Position numbers and translations under genes: made by a program. The notes under the pieces are model-generated. The model saw only the letters and a list, made by a program, of their open reading frames with translations. It made no database searches and was not told the origin of the DNA. A DNA stretch of 64,000 nt from assembly GCA_002633005.1 (NCBI GenBank), contig NMRA01000084.1, forward strand, positions 524,030 to 588,029, written 5' to 3'. Positions 26,579 to 39,600 of the stretch are shown here, one piece after another (position 1 is the stretch's first letter; each line of letters opens with the position of its first letter). The stretch is from Phoronis australis (Eukaryota > Animalia > Phoronida).

Positions 26579-28354
26579 AGGAGAATGCCACCCAAAAAAC
26601 AACCTATTTTGTATCAATTTAGATCGAGTAGTTCTACTCGATAACTGCACTTTCGGTTGTGTTACCTCACACCTGACGGCAGACGGAGGTGTTTAAATTA
26701 TCTAATGACGTCATTGGTTTCACACGCAGTCAGTTCAGCAGTTCACAACACGGCTTACTGGTGTCAGTTTATTGCTTGAATTCATCGTTTAACACCAATA
26801 AATCACCAAACTTCGACGTAAAACCCTTAAAAATACACCGAGATCTTATACATGTAAAAACGCGTTGTTTTATTTCGATTTTACGGATTTATTGGTGTTT
26901 GGACACACCCCATAGCCTACAAAGTTCGGCAGGCCAATTTAGAAAGGTCCGTAGCAGGAGTTTGGGGTCTGTTCGGAGATAAATTCTTCCGTGAAATACA
27001 GACAAGAGAACCTAGACCTGTGTTGTTTAGTTTTCTAAACACACAAAACGGTTGTTATCCCTGCCAGTTGCTCGGAACCCGATCAGACCCGTCGCGAACG
27101 GACTGACTCGTTACCCTGGCCAGTAACGTGGGTCGGAACCCGATCAGGCCCGTCGCGGCCGCCAGGACTGGCACGAACATAAACCAGCTTGAGTTGGAAA
27201 CTAAACCTCCAGTCACGAAAAGACTATAACAGTCAGTGCTGTAGTGGTAAAAGTAGAGGTAAGTAAGCGCCGAACACCCACCGTATCACCTTGAGCACTG
27301 AACGTAACTTACGGTGCGTAGGAGCTACGTTCAAATTCCAAAAGGTGGTTGGCTGCGCCTGCGTTCGCCTACGCCCAACTATAACACTGATAAGAGTGAG
27401 CTAAAGAAATATAATAAAAATAATTATTATTTACGTGAATTAGCCACCAAAATGAATTGTAGGGGGCTGCGAATTCGGGTTCCCTTCCACAGACCGTCAG
27501 GGAAAAGGTTGTACATTAGCAATGATTTAAGTAATGTATTTGTATTTCTAAATAAAGATTCCCCTAACGTGTGTAGCCATAGCATATAATCCACTAATTG
27601 TTTCACAACAGCTTTCTGTCAGCAAACACTGAATTCTAGTAGCATGCGGTCACACGGCCTCGGTGCCCGGTCAATTACATTTATTGAATGCCTGCATCAA
27701 AAGCCGGTAACGCAGTGGTTTCATAGCTGGCTTATCAACATTTGCACTCACGAATACTGCAAAGGCATTACAAATTGTATCTAATGAGACAGACTTTGTT
27801 TCAGTTTTATATAAGCATTGTTTAGGATGAGAAAAATTCCTTTTGAAACAGAACGCAGAATACATGGCAACTCGCCCGGCGCCAATCCCGACTTAGTCAA
27901 GAGTTCGTCCGACGAAGATTTCACGGGTCGGATTGTTAAGTTTCACAGACTATCAGTTCGAACCGGAATACACTGACCAAGAAATACTAGAGAGGTGCCG
28001 TAAACATGCACAGACAACGGAACGTATGGATAGTTCTTTGGTAAGCCGGAATTCTTCAGAGAAATCACTGTCGACGAAATGCCGGCCACAGACACGGAGA
28101 TGTTTCACGGCCTCATACTTGCTATTAACAGCGTACCTTTCATTCTTTACTAACGCGAGCCACTTCCTAAGCATTTCGGGCTCTCGAGGAAGTCGAAAAA
28201 ACGATATACCCGACGTCGCTGCGTCGTTTCTCACCTTCCTCACAGGTTAACGCGACACCTCTCGAAAAGGTGAGGTCGACCGTATAAGAGGCGATATGGA
28301 TATAAACCGATTAAGACGGTAAAAAAGACTAATTAAATCGGGTGTCATTCTCCT
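26579..28354 (-). mobile_element. Non-autonomous Kolobok-type transposon, copy 1, with THAP remnant
   Basis: TTAA on both flanks. TIRs aggagaatgccaccc / gggtgtcattctcct. The - strand THAP fragment reads GISFFRLPRE..LRKWL..VK...HLRVCGRHFVDSDF. Homologous to 36753-38429. Confidence 0.85.
27234..27389. mobile_element. hAT-type MITE family A, copy 3 (nested in Kolobok copy 1)
   Basis: TIR cagtgctgtagt with TSD ataacagt/ataagagt. Absent from Kolobok copy 2. Confidence 0.85.
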
Positions 28355-28445
28355 TTAAAGTTGTTTACCTATTTTATCTGGAAAATTGCGACTTTTAACT
28401 GTCGAGTTTTTTCACGACTATATTTATAAGCAGGTGCGAATTTAA

Positions 28446-28790
28446 ACTAGAAAGGCTTCTGCATAAAGCATAATATGCTAGAGCCACGGAATTCCTACTA
28501 AGGTGGAACTGAAATGTAAAAAATGAACAGAAATGTAACAAAAATTCAGGATCGAGTTTAGAACTTTGACTCCGGTTATTGACCTCGTGCCCACCAGACT
28601 TTACTTAAGAGTCCACTCTAAGATTGACAAACCACATCTCGTGGTATTGGAGAAATTGCTCCAAATGAAGCGTGGCAAACGTCAAAATTCGGGTATAGTT
28701 ACCGCTACAGGTCTGTCACAGGAATGCATTATTATTGCTATTCATTCCCACTAGACTCCGTGACAGTACACACGTATGCAAAACAAAATA
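28446..28790 (-). mobile_element. Probable Helitron/HINE-like non-autonomous fragment
   Basis: Begins aactagaaag, which is a CTAG-TT 3' end on the - strand like the 55-58 kb array. Contains ttgacc-type core motifs. The 5' end is unclear. Confidence 0.4.
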
Positions 28791-29495
28791 TATATTTGTA
28801 TTAAAATGTAATTAACACTGCGATATTACTGGCCGTATTACGAGAAACAAGACGCATGAATATCCCCGTACAGGTAGTTACTATCGAACCCATGGATTGG
28901 GTGTCTGTTGAAAGCCGCCTCCGTTCCATTGAGCAACTTTCGTGTAAGAGAAACGATGTGATACATGTACAAGACCTCGAAAAATCACGATAGTAAAAGG
29001 CGAATATTTCGCAAATTATAGCTTTTTACCTCGGAAGTCTACAGAAGCAAAATGGCCACCGCTGAAGTGGTAGGAGAGGCCGGAATGCTGACATGGGGGG
29101 AGGATCACGCTTTCCGATTCATAAGCGAAGATTTCTCGTTATTGCAAGTACCTGGCGAGAGTCATGCCTTATGAAAAGGAAACCCCGGTGCCTCTGTATG
29201 TAACACTACCACTTTGAAGAATAGGATGGAATCCTCAACCGATTATGTTACGTTCAAGTTTATTACTGTATCACAGACGCGGAAAAACGCGCTGCAAGAG
29301 CCTTGAAATTAATTCGCAGATAATCTTTTCACGCAGTTTTAAAAATAAAATAGAAAGACCCTTGTCAGACTTCACTAAATTTGGCTGAATTTCTTTCCAG
29401 AAATATCTGACAGCTTAATCAAACTTTTATCGTGATAAAATAGCATTTTGTGGAGCTTGAATCGGAGTTTGATTTGAAATTATTGCACCTAATCG

Positions 29496-29640
29496 CATGG
29501 GCGGCGCACCATAGGGGGGCTGGGGGGCTATAACCCCCACTTTTTTCAGTGCTACGCCACACGTAGTCTATAGGTAGTGCCCCACAAGGGGGCTTAGGGG
29601 TCTTTAGCGCCCCACTTTTTTCAGTGCTGCGCCGCCCATG
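29496..29640. mobile_element. MITE family B with 5-bp TSD
   Basis: Perfect 13-bp TIRs catgggcggcgca / tgcgccgcccatg. TSD aatcg (29491-29495, 29641-29645). Confidence 0.85.
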
Positions 29641-30504
29641 AATCGTGCTTGTATTTGTAACAATATCTGTCGAGATTTTGTCGAGTTCGAAAACGGCTAT
29701 TTATGGGTTGAAACTTTATCCAAGTTGGTTCGAAAAACTGCTAGCGAAAATAGCTTTCATGAAGGGAATATCACACCTACAATGTAACTGTCAACAAAAA
29801 CAGGGACTGGGATTTAATCTTTTTGATAGAAATTAATTTCGAAATTATTTTTAACATTTTCAAGATATGTGTCTGTTGGTGTACATTATGTCTTACGAAT
29901 GCGAGAGTAGTAGTCCAAGTTCGCACTATCTGACCCCTAGATAGGAGCGACAAGCTGGAGTAAAAACTAGAAATTCTAGTTCAGAATCTAGCTTATTGTT
30001 TTGATGCTGAGGTCATTAAGTGCAAAATAGGATTACTCAGTCATGCAAGCGAACTCTGACAAATTGGAGCACGAATAATAGACACTTACATTGAATTGGT
30101 GCTAAAATAGAAATGGAAATGTTAAACAAAATTCGAGATTGATTTGGAGTAATATCAAAGCCCGCGCCTAAGTTTTTGAGAATCCTATGTACGACCTATG
30201 TGAATCAATGTACTCTGGCTACATATTAGTTCATAGAAAGCAAACAAACAAGCAGAGCCCAATTGAAAGAGCTTCAGTGTATGTTACATGCCTTAAGGAG
30301 GCGCTGCTTGAAGAGGAGACGACACCAAGCCAAACCTCACTAGTTGACGATAAATGCAAAACACGAAAATGCAAACATCAAGTGAATGAAAACACTTTTA
30401 TCTCCTTAACCCAACCGACACCCAATCACCGTGACTCAATAAATTCCAATATGTAACACTAAACTCATTGCAGTAGGCCTACAACTGGTCACGTTGGTCA
30501 CATA

Positions 30505-30622
30505 TCATTGGATACAACAATCTTTCTTTTCTTCCGGGTCCGTGGCACCATTATCACCAGCAACCTCGTCTTCGTTTTCATCTGATGGTGGTCCATCGTC
30601 ATCAGTGGCGTCGAAATAAACC
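30505..30622 (-). CDS. Repeat protein exon 11 (VYFDATDDD...EEKKDCCIQ*)
   Basis: Acceptor catttcag|, then an acidic tail, CaaX and TGA. Confidence 0.85.
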
Positions 30623-33600
30623 CTGAAATGAACATTTTGAACATTCTAAGAATCAGGCACGCAGGTGGTTTGGCCAGAAATAAGTCAGGGGGGAAGATCA
30701 TTGTGGTCTTGACTCGAAATTGAACCAGTTGCTTTACAACTTTCATCAGTTAATTTTCGAGTCTAGTCTCTAGTAGCAGTAAAGCCCAAATTATTCCGCC
30801 CAAAAAATCGGGCGACAGTTTTCGCCGATACACCATAGTAAGGCGCAGGGCACGATTGAGATCAACAAGATTCTAACCTGACTCCAGAGCTGGAAAATCC
30901 ATTAAGCTAAATACATGTAAGATACAGCTTGGAGTTTTGTGCAAATTAGGGACCCTTTTCAGTCCTAACAATGGAAAAGAATGTGTGTACATAATGCTGC
31001 GATCTAAATGGTCAGTTAAGTCATCACTCAAAATCCTGGCGATAGATCAATAAGCGGCGCAACTTCAGTGTAGCGAAAAGAACTGAAATCACTGGTAACA
31101 GAGACGTCAATACAAGACTTACCATAAGCAGTCATGCAGGTAGGCTGGTCAACTTTGTTGAATTAGCTAATTGGATAATAAAACGCCATAAAGTTCAATG
31201 CTTGCATGATTGGCAATGTCCCCACTGCACCAAGATGACTTACGGGCGTTAAAATCACCATTTATTAAAATGGAAACATCATAATTATGCCAAATATCAG
31301 AAAATTACTGTTTCCTTTCATCAGAGGCCTGAGATGATGACCTATTCATGTAGAAAATGTCATGGCTTGCAAGAATGGTATGTGATTAACTTTAAGTTTA
31401 ACCTAGCAACTACATCATTTATAACTGATTTGATTTATAATGTTTCAAAACTAAGGGTATTGTTTATATAAACAAGAAGATCTTGACCTTCATTTGTGTG
31501 AAACGCAATAGAGTATTGAGGGATCACACAATCAGGTTTGATTTGCTTAGACAACAAGTAGTCAGTCCCACAGAGGGCAAAAATTTTGTAATTATCATTA
31601 TGAAATAAAATCGTGCAGTTATGAGACCATGGTTTGTGAATAAGATATTAAACACCCCACTGGGTGTCAGAGACCAGAATTTGATTTAACAACACAACAC
31701 AGACTATCAAATCTTGGCAATGCGAAACAGAGGTCAAAGTAGAAATTTATTGGGTACAAACATGAACCTCGTAAGTTGCTATGAAAGTAATCATCCAATA
31801 CCAGCTCTTTCGCAACCAGTTCATCTATACATATATCGCAAAACGATTAAAGGCTGTACGTGTAAAAGCATGCATTTACAGGTAACAAAATTCGACAGCT
31901 TACCTGAGATAAATTTGAAACCACTCCTGTTTAGTCAGGAACCTGTCGCAAGTGTTCACATGTGGTTCTTTGACGTGTTTCAAGACCGGTGCCAGGAGTG
32001 TTTGAACAGAGAGAACACGACAAGCTACAAAATAAAACCTTAAAAACAAATCATCAAAGTTTTAAAATAAAAAATGACTACAATATAAAGTAACCATCTT
32101 CAATATCTTACAAAGCCAGCACATATGCAGTCATCATGCCACGACTTCTCCGAACGTGACACTTTCCATTTTACTTTTCTGTAAACTCAAGATACGTGTT
32201 GATCGTATTCTGTGCTCTGGTATATTATGATTTACGCAAACGAGTGCCACTACTTGGAGCTCGATGATCGACCCACAGATTTTAGCAATGAGCTAATTCG
32301 AGCTACAAACTCAAGTTAAAACATGCGGTTTCTAGTGAAACCCCGACATTACGATTTCAGACTCAAACTCACAGCTCGATTATCTAAGAGTTCGCATAAA
32401 ATTTGAACAAAAACGCAAAACATACGAATTCTATCCGGTGTGGAAAGATGGGAGCGTTTTGGGTCCTGCTCATAATGACGCCAGTTCATGTGTTTTGATG
32501 ACAAATGTACAAATTTACTGCCATGGTTATTTTCAGCAAAAGCGTTAGTCCACTGCAATGTTTTGGTCTAGATGATGTAATTTTCTTCGAAAAGCAAACT
32601 TCAACGATCCTAATGTACGTACATTGATGCCTATTGAACCAGGGCAACGCCTCAACCACGGTCTGCTTCAGCGAGTCGGTCACATACTGTTTCATCGCAG
32701 TCCTTCCTTCCAAGACGGGACTCGGGTAAATGGTCCGTTGTCTAAGGTCGATGCATGGCTGTAACAAACGATGTGTGCATGTGACTGTATTGAGGTAATG
32801 TCTTCTGGACCTTTACGCATGTGTGCATTTGTGACCTGCAATTCACCTTCTTTTCGGATATCAATCGACGTCAGATACACATAGCATTCTGGGTAGAGGT
32901 CATTCCGCACAGCGCCACCAGCGGACGATCAGATTAGATCACTTCATTTTAGTTGTTCACGTATCTAAGTAGGTAGGAACTCCATGCATCATAGATACGT
33001 GTAACACAAAGCATCCATCCAAATTCAACTGTCAGCTTACCGAGCAGACAATTGCCTGAGGTACTCTTTCTGTAATCTGGATTCAAGAACTCGTTACCAA
33101 AATCTTAGCTTTCAGTAAACAGGTCTGCGTTCCTGTAGACCCAAGGCACTCGAACTGGAGAAAAGCTGGTAAGATAGCTTGCTTTCCTTGTAATGTATGA
33201 CGTCATCACACGAATTTTGTTTTTTGCGATTAAGTTTCTTGGGTCTACGGAGTGCATCACGAGTCAATCGGATGAACAAGAGCTACATCCGTTGGGTGAA
33301 AGTTTCCCTCGCAAATTAAATGTACCGAACTTGTCTGTCGCGCTCATCCAAAATTTCAATGACACGCTATGATTGGTTAACTCAGCCCAAGAGGCATATT
33401 AAGTTGTCACAATGTCGACTGGTTTTGTCTAGAATAAGACGCATTGCATTGAGAATCTAATACAACTACATAGACCATCTGTTCAAAAATCAATTTTAGC
33501 GATATATGGGCCTGGCATATTGCAGATCCCAACTGCGGATTTATGTGTTAAGTTAAATTGAATTGCAGTTAGTCGTTCAGATCAATCACTAATGAACGTA

Positions 33601-36600
33601 AAACGCACTGTGGTAGCAGATGAAATAACGCCGTATTTTTTAATGCCACACCATTCAAAATCTAATTAAAAAAGGGAAGACATTTGAGTAACCCGACCCA
33701 TAGGTCCTTAAAGTTGACCCATAGATTTGAGGACATCTTGGTCAACTAACATAGCCACGTTTTTCTAAAATGATCCCTGAATTGCTATGTTCTTGATAAA
33801 AGTAGACTCTGAGATTTCTTTAGAACTACATGTACCCTCCGAAGTAGAGTTGAGCAGAGACTATACACGTCATTACAGGATCTCTTTCCACTTTTGATGA
33901 TAAGCTTGACTACACAAAGATCTAAACTTTGCATCCATAATTTACGATCATCTGATTTTTATATGATTGATAACATGTTTACGTTTAAATGTCAAGCAAC
34001 ACAACTCTGCTGCCTGAAATGCTAGGTGGAAGATGAAATATCAGAACACCATGTGGGTCAGTGATTCACTTACCAAAGCATCAGAAAAGAATGCTGTGGA
34101 GATAAGCCAGTTTCAATTAGTGAAAACTGGCATGGATAACAAAAACACTTGCAAAAGTCCTGAAACAGGCTTGCAAACTTGCTGAGAATGGGAAGCGAAG
34201 TTAAAGAACAGTGTATGTTGCAATGGCCATGTAGACGGCCTAAGTAACGTGTCAGCATTTTCGTTTTCGTACTTTCATACTGCCGTATTATTATTTAACT
34301 GAGTAGGATGGATTATATTGAGAAATGTCATGTTAAGTAGAATTTGGTGTTTCCTTTCCACACGGGAATAGCTCTCCCCGGAAGTGTCTTGAGAGTGTTT
34401 TGAGTGCAGAACGTACATGAACCCGAGTTGATAGGTAGTAATAAATACCTAGAACTTCGAAAAACATTGTGACTATAACTATACAGTTGTCTTAGAACTG
34501 CATTTCTTTCAGTTTCTACGGCTAAAAAAAGTCGGTAACCCAATATTCTTTGCCGTGATAGGGTTCCATTTCCGTTGCCAACAAGAATGTCGAAACCATG
34601 AATGCCTCAAGCAAACGCTTCAGACGTTTTGGGGTTGGGCAATCCCAGAATTGAGAATTTGTTAATGACGCGAGTAAAGATGGCGCAAAACGTGAGTTGA
34701 CAACGGGAATGGAACCGTGTCCCGTTAAGGAATCTTGTGAGGTAGACTCTATGAGAATAAAGTAACGCTTAGTTCTGTTTTTTTTTGGCGAGATAAACAG
34801 GGCAAAATGTAGTTTGTAAGCTACGAATAACTTGTTGCACTCCGATTAATCGAATATAGACAGAATATAGAATATAACAAACAGGCTGCAGGTATTCCTC
34901 ACGGCCGTTTTTAAATGCCACAATCACGGATGCTCATGAAAGCAAAATCTGAAAGCTGATCTCTCTGCATCTATACTCTACGTAACCCAGCATAAAAAGT
35001 CGCCCGAGACCTCAATTGGCTTACATGTAGGCTCATCTCCCATACTTTCATAACGCCATAAACAAACTAGTTTTCCATTGAAATCGTGCATTTTGTCCAA
35101 AGTATGAATATGACAATTTAAAATGTTGCAATATGTTCCCTTGGTTATTTGCTCATTGCTTTTGTTTTGTTTTGGTTAGATAAACAACGCAATTTGTGCA
35201 TTCTGGTGGGAGAACTTGAATGGTGGCCGACGGTCACGCTGAACTATTATGCTGGTAACGAATCTGGCAATGAATGCTGAGTGGCTTTTGTGCCGTGTTG
35301 TTTACCGGCATTGCTCTCAGACTGGTTATATTGTATCATAGTTGCACTTGCAAGCCAGATTCGATTCGTGAAAGTCACGCACCAACATTCCAGCATACAT
35401 GTACTGTAGATCCTTACCACCTGACCGTCGGCATCGATTGTGTGGTGGGCCTCTGATGAAGGCTATTTGACAGAAAAAGTGAACAACATGTTAGGCAAGT
35501 CTCGAATCAAAGAAGTAAATGCATTGTAGATTCATCGACTGTGCGTTTTCTTTGCAAACGGATACAGTTGTCCAGTCAACGAGTGAAAAGGCTGCAAAGA
35601 ACTAACCTGTTCCTCTTGATTAGGCGCTCTGACGTAAGCAATTCTTAAAGATGATATGAATACTTTGTCACTTGGTTTACCATCGACGAATGAAGTCGAG
35701 TGCATGTCGATTTCTGGAACCAACGAAACAAAAACGAGACGTACTGTATGTTCTAAAGTATTTTAAATCACGTGGAACAGCTCATTCCGAGACAAAACTG
35801 TCCATATGATAATACAAGGCGTTTGGTATAAATATCATCTCTGATAAGTGTTTTTTGCGAAAACACCATGATAGCAAGCAGAATTTCAGTATGGTGACGT
35901 TTTTAAATAGCTTCCTCTAAATGAACAATTGTTGTCCTTGCCTTATGAGTGTTTCTATTTCCAGCATTTTAATTAAGCAAACCAACTTATTATTCGAACA
36001 ACTTCTTCATTCTCTCGGAAAGCACGTGAGATGTTGATGGATCACAATGAAATGGTGTGTGTTTGGACCTACGATGGTTAAAATAATTTCAGTGCCACGT
36101 GTTTTCACGTAATGGTGCGTACTTACCCATGGCAATTTTCTTAATCTTTCTTTGAATTGTTTGAATATTCGTAACTCGTACGTCCTGTGAATACACAATT
36201 TTTGTTTATTTCTACAACTTGTATTAAATAAAGAGATCTAGACGGAATCAGTGGATTTGTACAATCAAATATCAACCACTTTGTCGCCGACAAAGTCGTT
36301 GTACGGTACACAGAATTGAAAATGAGGCAATGGATTGTTCTTTTTTCAAGACACATCACCCCCACTCAACAATGCCGAGCAATGCTTTCCACGAGGATCT
36401 TAACAAATACCCGTGACATTCCCTCACTCACATGCACTCAAGTTACGATCGAGCAAACAGGGGCACATGTGACTGAGAATGCACTATATGTATTTGAACT
36501 CGTGATGTCCTAACCAATGCGCTATATACATCTACATCATTGTCACATTAAATTCCTTTTTCTGACAATTTGGACCAGTAATAGGCCTACCAACAACCCA

Positions 36601-39600
36601 CCCGTCGATCCTTGAGCCATGCTTGTCCCTTCGCCATTAGACTAGCGTAGTTTCCATATGTCGCCACTGCCACCTTGCCCAAACCTACTCGTTCACTTCC
36701 GGTTTTGTCTGGAACAAGGTCTTCGAAACCTAAAAATATAACTGTGATTTAAAGGAGCATGCCACCCGAAAAACAACCTAGTTTGTACCAATTTAGATCG
36801 AGTGGTTCTACTCCATAACGACACGTACGGTTGCGTTACCTGACGGCAGACGGAGGTGTTGAAATTATCCAATGACGTCATCGGTTTCACACGCAGTCTG
36901 TTCAGCAGTTCACAACACGGGTTACTGGTGTCAGCTTGTCGCTTGAAGTCATCGTTTAATTAACACCAATAAATCATCAAACTTCGAGGTAAAACCCTTA
37001 AACATACACCGAATTCTTATAAAAACGTGTTGTCTTACGGATTTATTGGTATTTGGACACACCGTAGCCTACAACGGTTCTGCAGGCCAATAAGGTCCGT
37101 AGCAGGAGTTTGGGGTCTGTTCGGAGATAATTTTGAAGTATTTTCCGTAAGATACAGACAGAAGAACCTATTTGAGATCTGTGTTGTTTAGACTTGTGAT
37201 TTTTTGAGTTCTAAACACACTGAAAACGCTTGTTAGCCTGGCCAGTGGCTCGGAGCCCGATCAGGCCCGTCGAGGCCGGCCGGATTGACTCGTTATCCCC
37301 GCCAGTGGCTCGGAAACTGATCAGACATCAGGAACATAAACCAGCCAAAGTTCAGTGGAAACTAAACTTTCAGTCAAGAAAATACTATACTAGTGACCCA
37401 AAGTAATGTGCACCTGATTATGTCGGTGAATTAGCCACGAAACTGCAAATCTACTTACTCGTCGGGGGCCGCGAATTCAGGTTCCGCTTTGGCCACAGCA
37501 CCGTCAGGGCAGAAGTTGTACATTGCCAATCATTATTTGAGTAACGTAAATGTAAATAAAGATTCCCCTAACACCTGGTCGTGTGATGGAAATCAAGTTG
37601 TTTCACAACAGCTTCTGCCAGCAAACACTAAATTAGCATGAGCTCACACGGCCTAGGTGTCCTGTCATTAGTTTTATAGTACCTAAAGCCGGCCGGGTAA
37701 TGCAGTGATTTATTCATTGCTGGCTTCTCAAATTATTTGCACACACAAACACTCCAAAGGCATTACAAATTGCAACTAATAAGACAAACTTTGTTTCAGT
37801 TTTATATAAGTATTGTTTAGGGTGAGAATAATTCATTTTGAAACAGAACGCTCAGTAATAAACGCTAACGATGGCAACTCGCAATCCGCCCGACTTAGGA
37901 CGAACTAGAGCTCATCAGTCCCGACTTCGCAGGTGGATCGTTAACTTTTACAGGCTATCAATTCGAACAGGAATACAGTGATGAAGAAATACTAGAGAGG
38001 CGCTGTGAACAAGCTCAGACAACGTATGGAGTTATTTGGTAAGCCGGCATTCGTCAGGCACTGTCGAGACGTCTGCAGGCCAAAGATACGGAGATGTTTC
38101 ACGGCCTCATACTTGCTATTTACAGCGTACATTTCATTCTTCACTACCATGAGCCACTTCCTAAGCATTTCGGACTCTCGAGGAAGTAAAAAACGATATA
38201 CCCGCTTTCCTCGCAGCTGCTTAGTTCGGACAAGCGGGAACGATGCACCGCAGCATAGCGGCATTCACTCTGCTTATAAACCACTGACGTCGCTAGCTTC
38301 GTTTCTCACCTTCCTCACAGGTTAACGCGACACCTCTTGGAAAGGTATGGTCGACCGTATGCGAGGCGATGTGGATATAGACTGATTAAGACGGCGAAAA
38401 AGACTAATTAAATCGGGTGGCATTCTCCTTTAACCATTGTAGGCAACACCATTGGCAATAGCCTGCGTGTCCTTTTGTAGTTGTTTGGGGAAGGGTAAAA
38501 TTTAATCGGCCATATTGGCTGTTATGATTGACGCCTAAGTTTAAAAAATGAGACTCGTGATTCTGATTGGACGTACGAACTACGGTAAAAGGTGTTTGGT
38601 GAGAGAGCGGCCATCGTGGTTTCGAACGCTGCTCCATCCGTGTTTATGACGAGACACTGGAAACGTCCATGCACGCGCGTTGCATTACCTATTGTTTCGT
38701 TCCTGGGCTCGCCGTGTTCATAGAACACACGCACAGTTGTCAGGTACAGGATGTCATTTCCAAGTTGAAACCAGGCGTTCTGGTCTGGGTCAATGCCCTG
38801 ATCAGTCCAGTAACCACGGTATTTGATGTCGCGCGTCTCTATGGTGATTATTTTTCCTGTTAAATGAGAAACTCGTATAATGAATATCATTTTTAGCGAG
38901 GCATTAACATTATATTTGTTGTCATTTGACATTTAGATTCATCCTAGATGCTAACAAGTACACGAAGGTGTGGTATTGATGTTAAATGTACCCAGGTGCT
39001 AACTATACGCAAAAGAACGACAACTTCCAACAGACTTTATATCAATTTTTATGAAAACCGGAACAGTTAATGAATGATCACCTTCTATAGGATTGCTCTG
39101 TAGCTCAGTGTTAATATCTTGGAGCATGATGACATGAGTTGCAAAGTTGGGGTATTTCTGTTTGCTTGACAACGGATCTGCTTTTGGCAAGAAGTTGACA
39201 TAGCCAAGACGTTGCGGAGGAGCGTCTGGATCTTCTTTGACTCGCACCCAGAGCCTTAAATAAAACGTGACTTCCCATTAGTCGAAAGCTCATTTGTTCG
39301 AAGAATCCCTGTTTCTCCGGCGGCCATCCGGTCCGAGAACCAATCCATCCGAAAATCAACCATTCGTCAAATCACCCGTCTTACCCGGACAGCCCATTTG
39401 CATTGGGCCGAAGGCACATTTGGGTGAACATTTTAGCAATACAAACTTCTGATATTCAAATATGAAATTTTCGGACAAACGGACCTTAGGATTATCCTTC
39501 GGGCAAATGGGTTTTTGGACTATTGTGTTATCGCACTTTTGAACCGTCGAATAAGTGAGTTTTATCGAACAAATGGCCCCTCGGAATGGGCCGAGCATTT

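Noticed and set aside
33041-33145. Exon-like segment (ttctccag...cg|gtaagc) on the - strand in intron 8
   Set aside because: It has stops in all three frames. At most it is a poison exon, with no support.
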